DNA of 63,949 nucleotides, filler included, from Ionaspis alba (lineage: Eukaryota), in NCBI GenBank assembly GCA_964255285.1. It is 3 parts of 3 records of this genome, joined end to end, with 100 filler letters (N's around TTAATTAATTAA, not from the genome) between each part and the next. Parts side by side here need not be neighbours in the genome. Positions count along the whole stretch, not along the records: positions 22,661 to 45,187 come from CAXUUL010000205.1; 2 more parts are not named here. One strand, given 5' to 3'. Made by a program: the position numbers and the translations under genes. The notes below the pieces were generated by a model. It had not been told where the DNA came from. It saw only the letters and a program-made list of their open reading frames with translations, and did no database searches. Positions 23,243 to 33,815 of the stretch are shown here, in pieces. Each line of letters opens with the position of its first letter. Position 1 is the first letter of the stretch.

Positions 23243-24660
23243 CTATATCTTCTTAATATCCACTCCATTAACACGATCACTCACTCCACTAACCCCTGTC
23301 CGATTCCCCTCTTCCTCCGCCTCTGCCTTCACGCTCTCCTTGTCCACCTTCGCCCTCCTCTCAACCCTCTCACTATACCGATCCCCCCACCTCTCAAAAT
23401 GCGGCCTGATAACCCACCCAAATTTCACAAACTCCTCCATACAATCCACCAGTCTATCCCGGTTCCCACTCGGCAGCAACCTCGAACCCCCTTCCCCATC
23501 CCTATCACCCTCTTCAGTGAACTGCGTATAAGCCTGCGGCAAGGAGGACTGGTTCGGGATCGTGAACATCCGCATGTAGCGACCTAGGTTTCGAAGGGTG
23601 GAGAGCGTGTTGAAGGATTGGGAACCACCGTTTACTTGGATTAGGGAGAGGAAACGGCTTTGCGTGGGGCGGACGGAGCCGGTCCATAAGGGGATCCAGT
23701 CGATTTGATTTTTGAAGACTGCGGTCTATTGATGGGGAGGTGGGTTAGATAGGTTTGGTGTGGGCCGGAGGATCATAAGAAAAAGAGGTCCGTATGCTCG
23801 AGATACTGGCTTTAGGGAAGTGGTGTGGAGTGATGATACAGGGGCTTTGCGATAAACAGTGATTGTATCTTGGAAATGCAGAGAAAGAAAAGATTTTAGA
23901 GGAGACAGTTCAGATACAGGTCGTATATGCTATATTGAATGGCACAGTGGATTGTCTTTCGACGAAGCATGTACTTGCCAGATTACCATGCTGCTCAGGA
24001 CTACACCACACATGACCATCGCTCCACTGGCTCAAGCCACGCAGCTCTTGCACTTTGGGATGTTTCTCTAGGCCTGCTTCTTGCACAGGAAGGCCGCTTG
24101 GATTGTAGACGCGGACATCACAGCCGAGGCGGTGGAGGATGCGGGAGGCTTCGAAGGCCATTAATTTGGAGTAGGATCTGTGAGACTGTTAGATACTCTT
24201 ATAATGTATTGATGGCGAGAAAATCGAATGCTAGAGGCCTCTTCCTATTCGATCTCGACTCACATTGAAGACCACGAAACGATTTAGCAGCTGAAAGATT
24301 GAGGTCTATGAGAGACGGCGAGTGCGAATATCCATACCTTTTCCTCAGACTTCCGTACAATACTAAGATCTTCAGTCTGCCATCTCTTGAGCCATCTAGT
24401 TCTTTGGCTACAATCTGTTCCACTGCGTCTAATTCTAATCTTGATATCCAATCATTTGCCATAACTTCATCGCTAAGCAGAAAGGGACGATATCTCTCCC
24501 GTATTGAAGCATCATCCTCTGGTCTGGAAATAGCTAAGGGAAAGTGGTTCGCTGGAGAGCTCGTAGAGAGAGAGGCAGACGCTACAGAGGATACGGAGGA
24601 ATCGATTGTCATTGTTCTAGGAATTTTAAGGAAGGCTCTAGGTGGTAGTCGAGCGAACAT
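23243..24660 (-). CDS. arsH: ArsH arsenic-resistance NADPH-dependent FMN oxidoreductase
   Basis: ILVLYGSLRKR|SYSKLMAFEASRILHRLGCDVRVYNPSGLP...HPKVQELRGLSQWSDGHVWCSPEQHGNL|TAVFKNQIDWIPL...VRPTQ...GGSQSFN...MRMFTIPNQSS...RDRLVDCMEEFVKF; introns 24178-24337 and 23726-23978. Confidence 0.93.
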
Positions 24661-25379
24661 GTAGGAGGAAAATCAAAGAAATGTAGAAAAGAGAGATCAT
24701 ATCCTAGGAAAGATCGACGATTACAAATATTTACAATAGGAAAGCAAATCATATACAGTGGATATCATGGCTGAATAATGTCACTCCCTCCATAGGATTG
24801 GTCAATGCCTTTTCGCCCGAGAAGCGCTGTTTAGCGCCGACTCTCGCTTATTCCAGGCGGAGCTAAGCTGTTTACGGTCGCAATATCAATTCCGAGGAGG
24901 GTTTCGAAGTCGCCGATTNNNNNNNNNNNNNNNNNNNNNNNNNNNNNNNNNNNNNNNNNNNNNNNNNNNNNNNNNNNNNNNNNNNNNNNNNNNNNNNNNN
25001 NNNNNNNNNNNNNNNNNNGAATTGAAATCCAAGTCCGAGATCCGCACCTTCCCTCAAAGTATCACATATTGTTGACATCTATGACTCACTTCTTGTTCTT
25101 GGTTAGAATCTTAATCGTTTGTTGTGATGGTAGATGCTGTGTTTGTTTGGTTGGCCCGGAATTATATATGAAATTTTTGTGGTACAGTCGATTTAAACTT
25201 TCTTGACATCGCGATTGTCTAAGTTTTCTCAACTCTGATCCTCCTAATCATTGCTTAGGACCATCTGAGCCGCCCAAATTATGGGTCCAATAATCAGTAC
25301 CAGAGTTCATGCTTGCGATTTGGACTGCTCAAAGCAGTTCAGACTGATGATGGATGATCGCTCTCACGTCCTCCTTCAG

Positions 25380-25388
25380 TATAAGAAG
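25380..25388 (+). promoter_or_regulatory. TATA-like box of the orphan ORF
   Basis: TATAAGAAG followed by a CT-rich tract and a (CAC)n leader, about 190 nt upstream of ATG 25568. Confidence 0.45.
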
Positions 25389-25567
25389 GGAGATTATCCC
25401 GGCCCCTTCTTCTCTCTTTGCCACTTGGGGCATCATAATACCAAGACCACTTCGGACAGCTTTCATCACCACCACCACCACCACTTTCACAACTTCACAG
25501 CGAACCACCAGCGATCACCACCCCGCACACCTCCGGGTCCAAGGCCGAGTGCCTTTCCTTCCCTACG

Positions 25568-26671
25568 ATGTCTTTATCGTGGGCAGATCTTGTGGAAGAG
25601 GAGATGGAAGAAGAAGTGGGGCCTGTTTCTTGGGCCGACATGGTCGAGGACGAGCTCGACGAGGACCTTGTACCGCCGCCGCTCCAATGGAGCAAGACGT
25701 ACGAGGCTTCTCTAGACTCGGACTTGGCCGCAGAGGAGGCCGAGTGGGACGCCGAGTGTGGAGCAGAGCAGGGTGCCTTCGCCGATACCGAAGAGGCCCC
25801 TTGCTATGCTGCCGACACCAGGTCGTTCAACCCTCCTGCCCCGCCGCCGCCGACAATCTACGATGACCGGCCAGAACCGACCGAGATGTACGCACGTCGC
25901 GTGAACATCCACCGCAGGTCTGGCCTGCTCATCGACATTGTTCGCTTCGAGCCGGAGTATGTGTCGACTGTCAACGATGACGGACGCGAGCACGCGCCGT
26001 TCCCCAGTCTGCACAGACCTTTGGCTCCCCGCTCTCGACTGTGCGTCGTCGAGACCATCGAGCAATCCGAGGCGGCGGCCTCACCCCCCCTTGTCGTCGA
26101 CACCGCCAGTAACAGCGGGGTCGATCGACCTTTGGATGACGAGGAGTCGGCGCTGCTAACCAGCACGCCTGAGACTGAGAACGCGGTGCAATCTGGCACG
26201 CCTGGCGAGGAGCCGGTGTCGGAAAGCATGCCTGTCGTTAGGAGTCCGGTGCTACCAGCAGCAGACCCTCCGATTCTTTCTTTGTGGCAGACGGTCTATA
26301 CCGATAGTCACATGCCAATCCTCGAGGATGCGGATCCCGCCGTCGCCAGTAACAGCGACAGCCGATCCAACTCCGCCGAGGACTCCACTTCGCCCGCGAC
26401 TACGCCTGAGGCTCAGAGCCCGGTGGTCGCAGCCACACCAGATCATGCCTGTTCGGAAGCCGTCTATACGGGGACCGCGGTGATCGGTGTCAGTGGAGAC
26501 AGGAGCAGTGTTCGTGATGCGTTCGAGTGGGAGGATGCCGACGATTCCTCACCTAGATCGAACTTCAGCGACACTCTCCTTGGCAAGAAGACAGTAGCGC
26601 TCGGCCAGGCTACTATGCTCTTCATGATGTGGAGAAGTTGGGGCGAGGTGGTCGCTCCCTTCTGGTGGTAG
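25568..26671 (+). CDS. Orphan intronless acidic, low-complexity protein (367 aa) with tandem SWAD(L/M)VE motifs
   Basis: 367-codon ORF, upstream TATA-like box and CT-rich leader, gene-like codon usage; no family recognised. Confidence 0.65.
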   Translation: MSLSWADLVEEEMEEEVGPVSWADMVEDELDEDLVPPPLQWSKTYEASLDSDLAAEEAEWDAECGAEQGAFADTEEAPCYAADTRSFNPPAPPPPTIYDDRPEPTEMYARRVNIHRRSGLLIDIVRFEPEYVSTVNDDGREHAPFPSLHRPLAPRSRLCVVETIEQSEAAASPPLVVDTASNSGVDRPLDDEESALLTSTPETENAVQSGTPGEEPVSESMPVVRSPVLPAADPPILSLWQTVYTDSHMPILEDADPAVASNSDSRSNSAEDSTSPATTPEAQSPVVAATPDHACSEAVYTGTAVIGVSGDRSSVRDAFEWEDADDSSPRSNFSDTLLGKKTVALGQATMLFMMWRSWGEVVAPFWW

Positions 26672-26734
26672 AGGGAGTTGGGGAGATGGGGAGAGAGTTG
26701 AGGAGATCTTGTTTTCGAATCTTGGACGAGGAGC

Positions 26735-26801
26735 AGAATCTAGGAGGGGGCCGCTGATCGAGCAGTATATCTGGTCGGTCGGAGGTCCCCTCCTAGGTTC
26801 T
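26735..26801 (+). other. 31-bp inverted-repeat hairpin, 5-nt loop
   Basis: 26735-26765 pairs with 26771-26801: 25 Watson-Crick pairs, 4 G:U pairs, 2 mismatches, no bulges. Confidence 0.85.
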
Positions 26802-27404
26802 ATTGATCATCAGTCTTTCTGATCACTCCAATCCTTCCGACTATTCCTACTTTTTCGGATTCGAACACTTCCTTCTCCGGCTTTGACCGACACTTCTCAC
26901 GGTCGCAATTCTTTCCAGCCACACTTTCAATCAACGACAGTCTCTTATTCACCTTCCGAGTCATACCCTCCTGATAGCACTCTTCTGATCTTACTCTTTC
27001 GATAACATTCTTCCGATCGCACTATCTTCTACTGGCCTCTTTCCTTCGTCGTCGTCGTCACTTCTCAGCCTTTTCTACCCAAGCTACATCGACGAAGCAG
27101 TCTCTCAACCATTACTATCCTTGCGAGTCAACCTTGCAACGACTCCAACATTCCGATCGATCATTCTTTGCTTCGATCACCTTTTCACTTATCGTCTTTC
27201 ACACTCAATCTCATCGAACGAAGACTTGTTACACTCTTCACCGTCATCACCGAGCCTAGCTTTCATCGACTCATCCTTCTCATCGTCTGTTACAATTTCA
27301 AATTGAAGGAAGACCTGTTACAGTCTTCTGTCCTCAACGAGTCTTCTCCAAACGACTCAGGAACTTCCTGGATTATACTCTTCTTCCAGCCACCTTTCTC
27401 ATCT

Positions 27405-27558
27405 CATTCTTCTGTTCACACTCTTCTGAACGCACTCTTCTGAACGCACTCTTCTGAACGCACTCTTCTGAACACACTCTTCTGAACACACTCTTCTGAA
27501 CGCACTCTTCTGATCACCTTCCTTCGATCGTCCCCTTCCGATCACTATCTCTAGATCC
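27405..27558 (+). repeat. 14-bp minisatellite (CACTCTTCTGAAC[G/A])
   Basis: 7 near-perfect copies at 27419-27516, plus in-register degenerate copies on both sides. Confidence 0.95.
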
Positions 27559-28153
27559 CACTGTCCAAAACAGCTTTCCATTTTCGTCGCACATCCTCAT
27601 CCGAGACTTCCTCTCTCTCTTTACCTCTACTACATCTACACTGACGGCGACCTCCACGTCGCGTTGGCCATTGCTAGGGCTCACACAGACACACACAGAC
27701 ACACACCAATTGGAACAAAATCTTCGTCCTCCTGTCTGAACATTTGAAGCCTTCTTCCTTTACACTACTTCCTGTCCAACTTCGAGCAGCACAACTCCTC
27801 CATGGCATACTTCCATCCATGGCTTCCTTTGTTCTCCATTACTCCTTACAACATGTTCACTGACAGGAGCCTCCGCCTCATCACACCTGCCGTCTGATGA
27901 GTACCACCCTGAGCACAGCCTTTCATCCCTCACATTCAAGCTTGGGCACTTCCTCATTCCTTCCTAAATTTCCGAGCAGTTCGACCCTCTAATGACCTGG
28001 CTCGTCACCTCATCTTCTCACAAACAAAGCATTTCATTGCATGCATTTTCTCAATTGCCTATCTACTGACAGGGTACCGCCTTCCTCATACCGTCTAAGG
28101 TCGCTTTTACAAGAACAACACTAGCAATCCTCCTTCGCCATCCTCCAAACACC

Positions 28154-31100
28154 TCACCGCCGATTGAAGTTCAGATACCGACTCCCCAAGAACAAAAACA
28201 CCAGATTCGACCCAATAAATGCCGCCAAGATACCTAGTCACCTGTCAGCCACCACTCCACATACTCACACCCACTACAACATCACAACAAAAGCACAACA
28301 GATGCACTCACCCAAATCTCGCCACCGATTCGCATAGCTCAATCCCAGCGGCTCATAGAACTGTTCGCCAACCTTGTACGCGCAATACCGACAAGCCTCC
28401 GTCGCATTCTCGGCGATATAGCCAGGACCTCCGGATGCGAAGAAGTCGGCCATGTACTGCCCGCATGACTGCCCAGGCGGCGAGCTGAAGTGATTGTATT
28501 CNNNNNNNNNNNNNNNNNNNNNNNNNNNNNNNNNNNNNNNNNNNNNNNNNNNNNNNNNNNNNNNNNNNNNNNNNNNNNNNNNNNNNNNNNNNNNNNNNNN
28601 NATGATCTCAACTTACGATAGAGCCAAGCACGCCAGAAGCCCGGAATCTGCGGCTGTGGGATCGTTACACCGCAGAAGAGGGAGAACACAATAATCAAGA
28701 ATGGATTGAGAAGAACCGCAATGAAAGTGCTAGGTGTCAACGCCGAGATCATCTGGCCCAACGTCACCGAAAACAGTTCCGTGATCAAAATAATCAAGAA
28801 CTGATACCCAGCTCTATCCGACACCGTCTGAAATCCCGGGATGTAGAACAGCGGAAAATAGAACCCGATCGCGCAGATAATTGAATACGGCACCTCAGCC
28901 AGCACCATACTCAACGCAAAGGGAAACTGCTTATACGCCTTAGCAGCCGACTCCCTGTAAAAGATCAGCCGCGAGAGGTCGTATTTCGGCTCCACCTGGG
29001 CAAGGATCAGCGCGGGCAGAACAGTGACTAGGAAGATAACGAAAATTCGGTACTGCAGCGAAGCGCGGGAGTCGTCGAGATGGAGAAAAGCAAGGCCGGA
29101 GAGAAGGGCAAAGGCGACGTGGTTGAAGAGGCGAGTAAAGCCATAATTAGGAGAGCGCCAGAAGGCTAGATGGGTGCGTTTGTTGACCACTTGGATCTGG
29201 TGCCAGAGTGGCGTGGCGTACTCTTTTTGATTTTCTTTACGGTGGGCGCCCACGGCTTTGATGCGGGATTCCTTGATTTGGATGATTTCTTCCTTCGTGG
29301 CTGCCAGTTCCGGGGAATCGCGCCAGATTTCGCCCCAGTCACGGTCTCCGATACGGGGAGCAATGCCAGCGCCGATGGCGTCGAGCATCCATTCAGCGGG
29401 GTTGGCATCGCTGGGACAGAAGGCGCCGTTGCGGCGGAAATAGTCTAGGAGGACGACGGCGTCTTTGCCGATGTCGCCAAAGTAGACGCACTCGCCTCCC
29501 TTCTGCAACAGTAGGAGGCGATCGAAGTTCTCGAAGAGGGCGGAGTTCGGTTGGTGGATTGTGCAGAGGATGCATTGGCCTGCGGCGGCTAGCTTGCGGA
29601 GGAAACGTACGATGTTGAAGGCGGACTGCGAGTCGAGGCCGGAGGTGGGTTCGTCGAGGAAGAGGAGGAGCTCTGGTTTGGCGGCTAGCTCGACGCCGAT
29701 CGTGACGCGCTTTCTTTGCTCGACTGCGAGACCGCTTTCGGGGTCGCCGATTATGGCGTCGGCGATGTCTTCCATCTCGAGGAGGGAGATGACCTCCTCG
29801 ACATAAGCGTTCTTCTCTGCTAGGGGGACTTCGTAGGGCTGGCGGAGAGTTGCGGAGAAGCGGAGAGCTTCTCGAACTGTCTGTGTGCTTTCGTGGACAT
29901 CAAGCTGTTCGGCGTATGAGGTTCCTCGCTGGAAGGCTGTGCCAGGTTTGATGCCATCAACGAGGATATCGCCGCCAATGACTCCAACATTCTTTCGCGC
30001 TGCAAGGACATCTAGAAGAGTTGTCTTTCCAGCACCACTAGCTCCCATCAAAGCTGTGAGTTGACCAGGTCGTACAAATCCGTAGACATCTTTTAGAAGA
30101 CGGAGTTGGCCACTTGGCACTGGGACATCGTATGTGAGAGCCTCCCACGTGAGGACAGCCTTTGACTCGATGTTGAGGTTGGATCCTTGCTCAGCAGTCT
30201 TGAGCCGGCGATCGTTCCGTTTCTTCATGAGCTCCTCGTTCAACCGCTTTCGTTCCTTGTTTTCCTTGGTGAAGTACGTGATTGTCCTACCTCCAGCACC
30301 CCAATTTACGAACTCGCCCAGAATGACGTTGAGGAAGAGGAAGACCACGATAAGAACGACGATGATGCCATAGTTCCGCCATAGATTAGCACTGTAGTAG
30401 GAGAATGAAGCAGAGATGTAAGACTCGCCAGGAACCTGGGCAGAGCCAGGTGCGCCGCCGAGAAGTGTACAGACTTGATGTCTGATGTCGCCGTATCCAG
30501 GTCCTGAAGGAATGAGAGACTCCGTAGTACAGGTCAACGTGATTCTCTTGAACTCATTAATCATCATAACCGAGAATCCGAGACCGAGAGCATTGAGATA
30601 GAAAATCCAGCTCAGCCACACCTGCTCTTTCTCATATTGAATGAAATAACCGGCAGTAAGCACGAAGAACGTGATAATGACCACGGCAGATTTCAATGCA
30701 ACATCGAAATCTGGACTAAGACAGCCGACGGTGCGGAAGAATAACGTCATGGCCAAGTACCCAGTCACGATCGTCAGGTAAAAAATGAAGAAGGCGCCAG
30801 GATCGCGGACGAGACCACACATGAAATAGACGATGACGCTGAAGACGAAACTCTGCGGGGCTGCAAAGGCAACATCAACGAATATCTGAGCGAGCCAGAG
30901 TGCAGAAGGCCTGTGGAAGGTGTATGCGCGGTGTTTGTTGACAATGGGACGTCCAAGCAGACTACCTATTCCCGATGATTAGCCGCTTTTCAAAGCTTGA
31001 CTCACTGCGAACTTTAGACATGCCTGCTAATTCTCCAAAAGCCTGAAAAGAATTAAAGAGCAACGCCAAGAACAACAACCCTCCCCTCGTAAAAGCGCCG

Positions 31101-32815
31101 GCAGAAGTCGTCGGCGTATTCAGCCAAACCGTTCCAAGAATGATAGCAATCACAGTCGACGTGATCCATGACACAATCAACGAGAACTTGTCTTGCCACT
31201 TGATCAGAAATTGTCTTTTCATAAGCGACCAGATCTGGATGTAGAAAGGTGCACTGTAGACCGAGGACTTTGGCGTGTGTTTCCTCTTGGAGTCCTGGTG
31301 CGCGATTTCGAATTCCCGAAAAGTCTCTTTTTCAGTCTCTACTTCTTTCCGGTAGACGGTCATCTCTTCGGAGAGTCGCTCTGCAAAAGGCGACTTGAGG
31401 AATGCGGCTGCGAGGTCTTCGGTGCCATGAGGAGCGGTGGACTCGGCACCTTCTTTGTATTCTCGTTCGAAGGGATCGGTGCAGCCAGTCAGGTAGTCGG
31501 GCGTCGTTTGTCTCGGTTTCTCTTTGAATCCCAGACTCTCGAAATAGCCTCTTGCCTCTTTAGCTGGTCCAAAGAAAACTTGCCGCCCGGCGTCGATCAC
31601 CATGACTTTGTCGAACTGGCTATAGATGTTCTCGCTGGCTTGGTAAAGAGAAACGAATGTAGTGGTTTGATAGATATTCGTCATGATGCGTAGTGATTTG
31701 GCATAGTCGAGCGCCGTAGATGCATCAAGACCTCGAGTTGTATTATCCCAAGCGCAAACCGTGGCAGACGTAATCATCATCTCAGCAATCGAGACACGCT
31801 TCCTCTCGCCACCGGAGACTCCTCGCATGAAGGGATTCCCAACAACAGTGTTCAGAGTATGCTCGATGTTGAACATCTTGAGCAAAAGATCCACAACCCT
31901 TGCCTTGAACTCCTTCTTCGAAATTCCTCCTGGTCTTTTCCCCGGGGTCTTCGTATCCAGCGCAAATCCCAACGTCTGTCCCACCGTCAGCGTCGGATGA
32001 TGAATATCATCCTCCTGATTATAAACCGCCTCCCCACGATACTTATTCGCAAAAGTCTTCGCATCAAAAGGCCCATAAAGCACCTCGCCATCAATCCTCG
32101 TATACCCAAACCTCTGATTCGCAATGACCTTCAAAAAAGTCGTACACCCAGACGACGGTTTCCCCAGCACAAGAACCATCTCTCCCGGCCTCACCAGACC
32201 CTTAAAATCCTTGAGGATGTCAAACTCCTCCCCCTTTTTCCCAATCCCAAACCACCCCAGCACCATTCCCGGAATATTGAAAAAATCAACAAACGCGTCG
32301 GGGAAAGTCTTCACGAAATTCCTCACCCCGCCAAGTCCCTTGACCGTCAAACCCTCCCACACGACTCCAATCCTCTTCGCCTTAATGCCATAAGCCTGCT
32401 CCTCTTCCCTGGCACCCCTCAGCGTCGTTTCAAGATCAAACCTTTCGCCTTCCTCTGATTCCTCGGAGCTCGTCGCCGTCTTCTCTACATCCTGCTCTAG
32501 GCGCGCCCCAATCCCTCGACTAGCAGTCTTGGAAAGCTTGCGACTGCTCTGCGAAACCCGGGAGAGCTGTCGATTCAGTTCCGCAAAATCGGCTTCCGCG
32601 CGCTCCACCGAGACGCCCGTTTGTGAGCGGTTATGGGAGAGCGAGGGCCGGGTTGGTGAGTAGGCGCCATTGGCCGGTGTCAATTTCTCCGAGCCTGTGG
32701 ATGTATCTTGGGGACTGGAGCTCACTGGATCGGGTGTTTGTGAAGCGGCATCGGGGGAATGTGCGGCGCCGTGCTGGTGCGTGCCGGCTTCCAATTGTTT
32801 TTCGAGATCTTGCAT
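28154..32815 (-). CDS. Full-size PDR/ABCG multidrug ABC transporter (NBD-TMD)2
   Basis: Degenerate Walker A GKPSSGCTT, VSGGERKRVSIAE, WDNTTRGLD; second NBD GASGAGKTT, LAVEQRKRVTIGVEL, LDEPTSGLD; ends RYLNFNRR*; N gap at 28502-28601 within the gene. Confidence 0.96.
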
Positions 32816-33098
32816 CGGGGAATTGGTGTTACGCGAGAATGTTATGCTGGGTGAATGCAAGTCGCTAAAGGTGACAAGAAAACACAACAAGATGAAAGTG
32901 ATCTAGGAAATTTGTGTAGCTGACGAAACAATTGAAGAATAGGAGAAGAGTGAATTCAGGTCTACATGTTCGGGATCAAGGAGCATAAAGTAAGGAAAAA
33001 GAAAGGTGAGAAGGCAGATATGCTGTTGCGTTGATCTGCTCATAATTTGTAATCGGGAATTATGATCGCATTTCTCCGGATGCATTAGCGGTCAATAA

Positions 33099-33679
33099 TG
33101 AGTCAGCCCTTGCCCTGCCAAGACGGCATTTAGTGCTAGCACGGGCCGTAAGTCCGGTAGAGCGTCTCATAGTGCTGACAATTGCGCATGCACTGCAGCC
33201 AGCAATCACATTAAGAGCATGAGGAATTGACTCATGGGAAACCCAAACCTTCACACGAGTCATTGACGACCAATATTTGAAATGCAGTCACAAAGTTACT
33301 CGAATATGCCATGGAGTCATTCAATGCTCGAAGCCATTACGCTTATCTGAGTCTAGCATAGCCACCAGAAGATATGTCACCACGGCTGAGTAGACTCAAG
33401 TACGTAGTCCCCGCACACCGCCAAGTACGCGGACAGTCCCCTTAGAGTCACCTAAACGCGGCCACCTAAGCTGAGAATAGGTGGGTCATGTTAGGGGAGT
33501 CAGCCGGATTCGTCTAGGTACTAGGTGGTGTCCTAGAGACCATCTAGTGGTTGATCAAACCCAACCAGAACGGCTACTGGCCTCCCGCTGGGCTATTGTT
33601 CAACCATCTTCCACTGTACACTTCCCAGATGAGCCTCACACCGTTCGTTAGAGCTAGCTCGATCCTCTCATCTGACTCA
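33099..33679. promoter_or_regulatory. Cluster of TGASTCA/GAGTCA (Gcn4/CpcA or AP-1 type) elements upstream of the ABC transporter
   Basis: Perfect TGAGTCA at 33099 and TGACTCA at 33228 and 33673; further GAGTC/GACTC cores at ~33257, 33314, 33349, 33393, 33445, 33497. Confidence 0.55.
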
Positions 33680-33815
33680 AGAATCAGCTGACCATAACTT
33701 CTGCGTCTATTCCTTCTCCGTTTCCGTATAGAATGATTGACCACAAACAAACATTATTCCAAATCATAATTTCATCAACGGTAACAATACCTCTGCCAAT
33801 GCCTCCATGCAGTAA

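Noticed and set aside
27419..27516. CRISPR-like array
   Set aside because: Head-to-tail 14-mers with no spacers, eukaryotic context, no cas genes.
24900..28000. Transposon carrying the orphan ORF
   Set aside because: No TIRs, LTRs, TSDs or transposase/RT motifs found; a gap at 24919-25018 limits certainty.
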